31,762 nt of DNA from Candidatus Micrarchaeota archaeon. GTDB taxonomy: Archaea; B1Sed10-29. Shown in pieces: positions 26,291 to 31,762 of the stretch. Numbering within the stretch: position 1 is the stretch's first letter; each line of letters begins with the position of its first letter. A program made the position numbers and the translations under genes. The notes beneath the pieces were generated by a model that did no database searches, was not told the origin of the DNA, and worked only from the letters and a program-made list of their open reading frames with translations. The stretch is from positions 1 to 31,762 of the forward strand of contig CAZOFO010000009.1 in the NCBI GenBank assembly GCA_964579265.1. Reading direction: 5' to 3'.

Positions 26291-27132
26291 AGAAAAAACC
26301 AAAAAGCAGAATAGCGAATTACGGGGAAGAAATCAAAAAAGGAACCAGTGACTTCAAAGAAGTCTCCATAATAGCATTAAAAAGATTCTTCAGATGGAGA
26401 TCCAGAGTAATCTGGAAGCTCTTAGGAGGAATAATAAGCTTCCTGACATTCCTAGTGGTATGGACAGCCATAGTAGAAGGAGGTTTCCAGTCACTAGGAA
26501 TGCTGACAAAAGATAACTACATAACCTTTCTGCTGACCGGAGCACTGCTATGGTCAGTGATAAAAATCTGTCTCACGGACATGTCTCACTCCTTCATAAT
26601 AGAAAAACACAGAAAAACACTACCTTACGTGATGATGTCACCTGTAAACAGGATAGCGTACATGTATGGGAGGATGAGTCAACCAGCTCTATCAATAATA
26701 ATCAATAATGTGCCGGTGCTGATACTTGGATTCCTAGTAGGATTCCAGTTCCACGGAAACATGATAACAGCTCTTTTAATATTTCTTTTAACCTTCACAG
26801 CATTCTCAGGAATAGGGATAATCCTAGCATCACTAGCATCATGGAAAGAAGGAATACAGGACGGAAGCTACGTATTAAAAGACGCACTCTACTTCATATC
26901 AGGAGTACACTACCCACTAGCAGTATTCCCCGATACCTTTGAAAAAGCTTTCCGATTTCTCCCGACAACAAGAGCAATAGATGCTTTAAGAGCTGTAGGA
27001 ATAGAAGGAGCAACACTTAGCCAGGTCTCAGGAACCCTAATATACCTAGCCGTGATGTCGGTAATAACCATAACTCTAGGAGTAATCATATTCAAAAAAA
27101 TAGAAAAGAAAGCAATGCTCCTTGGAATATAA
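26287..27132 (+). CDS. ABC-2 type transporter permease
   Basis: About six TM helices, SGVHYPLAVFP, LPTTRAIDALR; 4-bp ATGA overlap with the ATPase gene. Confidence 0.92.
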   Translation: MKKKPKSRIANYGEEIKKGTSDFKEVSIIALKRFFRWRSRVIWKLLGGIISFLTFLVVWTAIVEGGFQSLGMLTKDNYITFLLTGALLWSVIKICLTDMSHSFIIEKHRKTLPYVMMSPVNRIAYMYGRMSQPALSIIINNVPVLILGFLVGFQFHGNMITALLIFLLTFTAFSGIGIILASLASWKEGIQDGSYVLKDALYFISGVHYPLAVFPDTFEKAFRFLPTTRAIDALRAVGIEGATLSQVSGTLIYLAVMSVITITLGVIIFKKIEKKAMLLGI

Positions 27133-27190
27133 TAGAAAAGAAGAAATAAAAAGAAGAACCAAAAAACTAAAAGAGAAAAATGTGAGAAAA

Positions 27191-27868
27191 ATGCTGAAAA
27201 TAGCACACAGAGGAGCAATGGGACACGAACTAGAAAACACTGTAAAAGCATTCAAGAAATCTATAGAGCTCTCAGTAGACATGATAGAGCTAGATGTGAG
27301 AAAATGCAAAACAGGAGAACCAGTAGTATTCCACGATCCAACCGTAAACAGATTAACAAACGGAGAAGGAAGAATAGAAGAAAAAACAATACAACAAATA
27401 AAAAAACTAAAACTAAGAAACGGAGAAAAAATACCAACACTCAAAGAAGCTTTAAAAACCATAAATAGAGAAACAAAAGTAAACATAGAGCTAAAAGGAA
27501 GCGGAACACCCGAACCAGTAGCAAAAACAATAAAAAAACACATAAAAGAGAAAGGATGGAAAACAAAAGACTTTCTATCAACCTCTTTCAAACACCACAG
27601 ACTGAAAAAACTAAACAGACACGTATCCGGTATCAAGAAAGGACTTATAACAATAGGAACACCCCACAACCTGGAAACACCAGTAGAAAATATCGATATA
27701 GGTTACATACTACCACATAAAGAATTCATAACTGAAGAAATGATAAAAGACGCTCATAAAAAAGACTTAAAAATATTTACCTGGACAGTTAACCAAAAAG
27801 AAGAAATAGAAAAATTCAAAGAAATGAACGTGGACGGAATAATAACTGATTACCCTGAAAGAATATAG
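27191..27868 (+). CDS. Glycerophosphodiester phosphodiesterase (GDPD family)
   Basis: IAHRGA, ENT, IELDV, VVFHD, IPTL, NIELK, WTVN, VDGIITDYP. Confidence 0.95.
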   Translation: MLKIAHRGAMGHELENTVKAFKKSIELSVDMIELDVRKCKTGEPVVFHDPTVNRLTNGEGRIEEKTIQQIKKLKLRNGEKIPTLKEALKTINRETKVNIELKGSGTPEPVAKTIKKHIKEKGWKTKDFLSTSFKHHRLKKLNRHVSGIKKGLITIGTPHNLETPVENIDIGYILPHKEFITEEMIKDAHKKDLKIFTWTVNQKEEIEKFKEMNVDGIITDYPERI

Positions 27869-27917
27869 AAAAACAACCTAAAAACTTATATAATGCCAAA
27901 ATCATTTTTAAAAAGAG

Positions 27918-28493
27918 GTGATCTCAATTAAAAGAAAATTACTACCAATAGCACTGATAGGTATACTATTGATAGGTATAGGCTGTATAGGGCCATTTGC
28001 GGAAGATGAAGTAGACGACGATGAAGAAAACGGAGTACCGGAAAACGGAGTACCTGAAAACGAAACAGACGAAGAAGTAAAATACTCTCTAAATGTAGAA
28101 ACTACAGAAGGAGGAATAATAGAGATAGACCCTGATAAGGAAGAATACGAGGAAGGAGAAGAAGTAACGATCACAGCTACACCTGATATGGAATGGGAAT
28201 TCAGTGAATGGACCGGAGACTATGAAGGAACGGAAGAAGAAATAACGGTGACAATGGACGAAGATAAGGAAATAACAGCGAACTTCGAAGCAGATTTGGA
28301 TTTGGAAGAAATGGAAGAAGCCTATATGGAAGAATGTACATTAGAAGATGAAGAGATGGAAGAATACTGTCAATGTACTTTTGACTACATGGTAGATGAA
28401 TACGGAGTACAAGTATTCATAGATGCTGAATTATTAGACGAAGCTGTTATGGAAGCAGAAGATGAATGCATGCATCTAATACCTATGGAATAA
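27918..28493 (+). CDS. Acidic lipoprotein-like surface protein with an InlB B-repeat-like domain and a C-terminal 4-Cys domain
   Basis: KRK, a hydrophobic stretch and a GIGC lipobox; YSLNVET..GG...YEEGEEVTITATP...EFSEWTGD...ITVTMDEDKEITANF; C..CxC..C region. Confidence 0.8.
   Translation: MISIKRKLLPIALIGILLIGIGCIGPFAEDEVDDDEENGVPENGVPENETDEEVKYSLNVETTEGGIIEIDPDKEEYEEGEEVTITATPDMEWEFSEWTGDYEGTEEEITVTMDEDKEITANFEADLDLEEMEEAYMEECTLEDEEMEEYCQCTFDYMVDEYGVQVFIDAELLDEAVMEAEDECMHLIPME
28026..28062 (+). repeat. 15-nt in-frame tandem repeat (ENGVP), about 2.5 copies
   Basis: GAAAACGGAGTACC at 28026 and 28041, partial copy at 28056. Confidence 0.85.
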
Positions 28494-28535
28494 ACCAAAA
28501 AACCTGAAAAACCCAATTTTTTCTTTATTTTTCTA

Positions 28536-29261
28536 TTATCCCTTTAAAATATCTCCATTTTCAATAGCTTCTTTAAATCTATTTAAGTCCTTGAACTCCA
28601 TATCAGGCTCTAAACTATTATCTCCATCTCCTTCTTTTTTATCCTCAGTTATCAAAACAGTCTTCATACCGAATTTCTTTGCATAAGTATCTTCATCCTC
28701 CCTGTTTCCCACCATCATGCACTCCCTTCCGGCGAGATTCGTTCTCTCTAGAAATATCTTAAAAGGTTTAAGCTCAGATTTAGTGGCTCCAACCCCTGTC
28801 GAGTACAGTATTATATCGAATTCCCCTTTCAATCCATCCTTCTCCAGCCTGGTATAGGTGGATAGTTTATTCCCATTACTTATCAATCCAAGTATCTCCA
28901 CGTTATCCTTACAGCACTCTATCACTTCATAAGCTCCTCCTTTAAGCTCTTTTTCTTCAGAAAACCTTATCCAGAACTTCTCCCCAATCTCCTTGAGATC
29001 TTCCTCAGTTACTTCATCTTCAAGCCCTAAGATATCAAAGAGAATACGTACAGGAACCTCTGGTTGATGTGCTTCAACACTATCACCATGCTGATCCCTG
29101 AGTTCCTCCTGCATCTTTCCAAGTGCTTCTCTATATTCCTCCCAATCCACTTCGTATCCTCTTTCATTTATCTCATTCCACTGATCTCTATATACTTCTT
29201 TAGAAGGATTATTATCTTTATATAGAGTTCCACCTAGATCGAATATAACCGCTTTGATCAT
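28536..29261 (-). CDS. HAD-superfamily hydrolase
   Basis: AVIFDLGGTL (motif I variant), GLISNG, K, MVGNREDED...GM. Confidence 0.9.
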   Translation of the reverse strand: MIKAVIFDLGGTLYKDNNPSKEVYRDQWNEINERGYEVDWEEYREALGKMQEELRDQHGDSVEAHQPEVPVRILFDILGLEDEVTEEDLKEIGEKFWIRFSEEKELKGGAYEVIECCKDNVEILGLISNGNKLSTYTRLEKDGLKGEFDIILYSTGVGATKSELKPFKIFLERTNLAGRECMMVGNREDEDTYAKKFGMKTVLITEDKKEGDGDNSLEPDMEFKDLNRFKEAIENGDILKG

Positions 29262-29728
29262 TTTCTTCCCTCCAGTGTTTTTTCTATTCTCTTCATCTTC
29301 ACCGATCTATCGTTTAATGGATATTCTATCTCTTTTTTTAATTTGTATCTCTTTTTCTGGAAGAATTCCTGTGCTGTTAAAGTGCTGTATCCTTTGATCT
29401 TCTCTATCTCTTTTTCTCTGACCTTTTCTTCAGCTTTCTCCAATAATTCAGTGCCTATCCCTTCGTTGAGATGTTTGGAATCCACGTATAAATGATATAG
29501 TTCTCCTTCTTCAGTGAAGTTGACTAAACCTACTGTCTTCTTTTCTTTTTCTGCCACGTAGAAATTGGTTTTCTTTATTTCTTTCTCCATATTCTTTTTC
29601 TTTATATTTTTTGCCCATTCTCGAATCACTTCCTCTGAATAATTCTTACTGTTTACTTCTCTGATTGTTCTCTTGATTAATTTAGTTATCTCTTCAGAGT
29701 CTTCGGTTTTAGCTTTCCTTATTTTCAT
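29258..29728 (-). CDS. GNAT-family acetyltransferase
   Basis: MKIRKA, LYVDSKHLNEGIGTELL, STLTAQEFF; ATGA overlaps on both sides. Confidence 0.9.
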   Translation of the reverse strand: MKIRKAKTEDSEEITKLIKRTIREVNSKNYSEEVIREWAKNIKKKNMEKEIKKTNFYVAEKEKKTVGLVNFTEEGELYHLYVDSKHLNEGIGTELLEKAEEKVREKEIEKIKGYSTLTAQEFFQKKRYKLKKEIEYPLNDRSVKMKRIEKTLEGRK

Positions 29729-30945
29729 TTTGATCTTCTCCCTTTCTTTACTTCTCCCTTTACGGTCTTTCCAGGACCTAAGAAGGAATTTCTATCTACG
29801 ATCGTTCCTGGATTTATGTTGCTGTTTACACCTGTTTTTACATTGTGACCGATTATGGCTCCCAGTTTTTTTCTGCCTGTGTTGGTCTTTTCTCCTTTTT
29901 GAGTCACTTCTATTTCTCCGTGGTCGAACCTCAGGTTAGCGATCTTTGTACCGGCTCCTAGATTGCAGTTCTTTCCTACGACGCTGTCCCCTATGTAGTT
30001 GTGGTGATTTGCTTTCGTGTTCTCCATCACTATGCTGTTCTTTACTTCTGAAGAGTTTCCTATTTTGCATTTATCATCTATGTGGGTGTATGGTCTTATG
30101 AAGGCGTTTGGACCTATTTCGCAGTTTTTACCTATGTAAACTGGTCCTTTCACGTAACTACCGTGCTTTATCCTAGTTTCTTCTTCGACAAATACTTTTC
30201 CCTCTATCTTCACATTTTTGTCTACTTTTCCCTTGATTTTTCTTTCGATTTCTCTTTTCATTACTTCCTTGTTCGGTTTTAAGAGGTCCCATGGTCTCGA
30301 GAGCTCGTGCCAGTTCTCTTTTGGTATTGTATATTCTTTTATCTCTTCTTCTTTCATTAGTATTTTCATGGAGTCGGTGATTTCGTACTCTCCTCTATCT
30401 GATTTCTCCGTTTCGTCTATAGCTTCGAATATTTTTGGCGTGAATCCGTATATTCCCGCGTTTATCAGATTGGTGGGTGGTTCCGATGGCTTTTCCAAGA
30501 TGTCTACCACTTTTTTTCCTTTTTTATCTATCACTCCGTAGCTTTTAGGGTTTTCAACTTCTACTGTGCCTATTAAAGAGTCTTCGGATTTTTTGAACTC
30601 TTCTATGAATCTTTTCATATACTTCTTATAGATTAATACATCTCCATTTAGGCATAGAAAGTCTTTTTTAATGTTTTTTCTTACTTTTGATACAGCGTGA
30701 GCTGTTCCTAATGGCTTTTCTTGCTTTATATATTTTAAATCAGTATTTTCAGATCTCAAATTTTCTTTTACTTCTTTTGAGTCTCCATTGGTCAGTATTA
30801 TTATTTCTTCTATTTCCTCTTCGAGATCATCTACAGCATGTTGTAGAATTGGCTTGCCTGCGACTGGAAGCATTTGTTTCTGTATTTCAGGAGTAAGTGG
30901 ATGCATTCTCGTGCCTTTTCCCGCTGCTAGTATAAGTGCTTTCAT
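29725..30945 (-). CDS. glmU: Bifunctional sugar-1-phosphate nucleotidylyltransferase/acetyltransferase (archaeal GlmU-like)
   Basis: LAAGKGTRMHPLT, PLGTAHA, NGD, RGEYEITD, hexapeptide repeats, ANLRFD, GRKKLGAIIG. Confidence 0.92.
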   Translation of the reverse strand: MKALILAAGKGTRMHPLTPEIQKQMLPVAGKPILQHAVDDLEEEIEEIIILTNGDSKEVKENLRSENTDLKYIKQEKPLGTAHAVSKVRKNIKKDFLCLNGDVLIYKKYMKRFIEEFKKSEDSLIGTVEVENPKSYGVIDKKGKKVVDILEKPSEPPTNLINAGIYGFTPKIFEAIDETEKSDRGEYEITDSMKILMKEEEIKEYTIPKENWHELSRPWDLLKPNKEVMKREIERKIKGKVDKNVKIEGKVFVEEETRIKHGSYVKGPVYIGKNCEIGPNAFIRPYTHIDDKCKIGNSSEVKNSIVMENTKANHHNYIGDSVVGKNCNLGAGTKIANLRFDHGEIEVTQKGEKTNTGRKKLGAIIGHNVKTGVNSNINPGTIVDRNSFLGPGKTVKGEVKKGRRSK

Positions 30946-31029
30946 TTTTTTCCACTAATTTAATTTATATCTTTCTTCATTTTTTATTTCTTGGTTAATT
31001 TTTTAATCTCCCAGTACAATAAACTAATC

Positions 31030-31521
31030 ATGAACATATTCGTTTTAAGTGAAGATCCGTGGAAAGCGGCTGAGATGCAGTGCGATCAACACGTGGTGAA
31101 GATGCCTCTGGAAACAGCTCAAATGCTGAGCACAGCCCACCACATTATAGGAACAGATATAGATAAAGATAAAATCTATAAGAAGACACATGTAAATCAC
31201 CCCTGTACCAAATGGGTTAGGGAAAACTCTTCCAACTACAAATGGACGGTGAAACACTTCAAAGCACTTTTAAAAGAATTCAAAAAAAGATACGATAACG
31301 AACACAAATGCGGAGAACTCCTACCTTATTTAGAACAATTACCTAACTTCACCGAAGATAAAATAACCGGGGAAAGAACACCGTTCGCTCAAGCCGTGCC
31401 CGAAGAATACAAAGGAAAAGAAGCAGTAAAGGCATACAGGAAATTCTACAACAAGGAAAAATCAAGCTTTGCCTCCTGGGAAAAATTAAACAACAAGCCG
31501 GACTGGTACAGCGAAGATTAA
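31030..31521 (+). CDS. Pyrimidine dimer DNA glycosylase / T4 endonuclease V-like family protein
   Basis: MNIF.L..DP..AA...CDQHVVKMPLETAQMLSTAH, YKKTHVNHPCTKWVRE, E...RY...H, AYRKFY. Confidence 0.8.
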   Translation: MNIFVLSEDPWKAAEMQCDQHVVKMPLETAQMLSTAHHIIGTDIDKDKIYKKTHVNHPCTKWVRENSSNYKWTVKHFKALLKEFKKRYDNEHKCGELLPYLEQLPNFTEDKITGERTPFAQAVPEEYKGKEAVKAYRKFYNKEKSSFASWEKLNNKPDWYSED

Positions 31522-31586
31522 AAAACAGTAAAAACTGGAAAAATAAACTTCTTAAATCATCCCGACCAAAAAATAAGTGATTACCC

Positions 31587-31762
31587 ATGAATGAAGAAGA
31601 TAGAAAAAAATTCTTCAGCAGATTCATAAAAGTTATCCTGATTATAATCTCGTTCGTCCTAGCAGTCAGCTTCATATACATCTACCTGCATGAAAGATAT
31701 ATGCAGATGGCGGATGTATGTCTCTGCGGAGTACCAATGAGATGGGTATTGATTATACTAAC
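31587..31762 (+). CDS. Membrane protein, N-terminal fragment (runs off the window end)
   Basis: MNEEDRKKFFSRFIKVILIIISFVLAVSFIYIYLHERYMQMADVCLCGVPMRWVLIIL..., open to the end of the window. Confidence 0.65.
   Translation, partial: MNEEDRKKFFSRFIKVILIIISFVLAVSFIYIYLHERYMQMADVCLCGVPMRWVLIIL

Noticed and set aside
1..31762. tRNA genes, IS elements, integrases, provirus
   Set aside because: By eye I found no T-loop/cloverleaf signature and no transposase, integrase or virion ORF. tRNAscan-SE and ISEScan would be needed to exclude them formally.

Overview
This is a chromosomal window from an AT-rich archaeon with Glu/Lys-rich proteins. The divergent 16S and compact genes suggest a DPANN-like lineage from a saline or alkaline habitat; that placement is inference only. 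The window opens with the 5' end of a 16S rRNA gene on the minus strand. Most of it is housekeeping: rps8e, cgi121, nucS, two different histones, SAM synthetase, dph6, gar1, a DRG/TGS GTPase, tfb, thrC, and the conserved ftsZ-secE-spt5-rpl11-rpl1-rpl10-rpl12 cluster. It also carries a SAMHD1-like HD protein, a stand-alone LigD phosphoesterase, an ABC-2 exporter, GDPD, a glmU-GNAT-HAD operon and a pyrimidine-dimer-glycosylase-family gene. I found no CRISPR array, tRNA, transposase or recognisable defence system, and I cannot claim a proven new system. The best leads are: (1) multi-kb domains of A/C versus T/G strand skew that follow the locally dominant transcription direction and reverse codon endings in genes facing against it; (2) a coiled-coil-type histone variant and a canonical histone bracketing the nucS cluster; (3) a ribosomal stalk in which uL10/P0 lacks its acidic tail while uL11 has a long one; (4) a structured leader with an unannotated 50-aa sORF divergent from the rRNA promoter; (5) two tandem pairs of unknown paralogs flanking tfb. 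Family assignments come from motif recognition, not database searches. Several start codons were moved relative to the ORF track using Shine-Dalgarno (SD) spacing.
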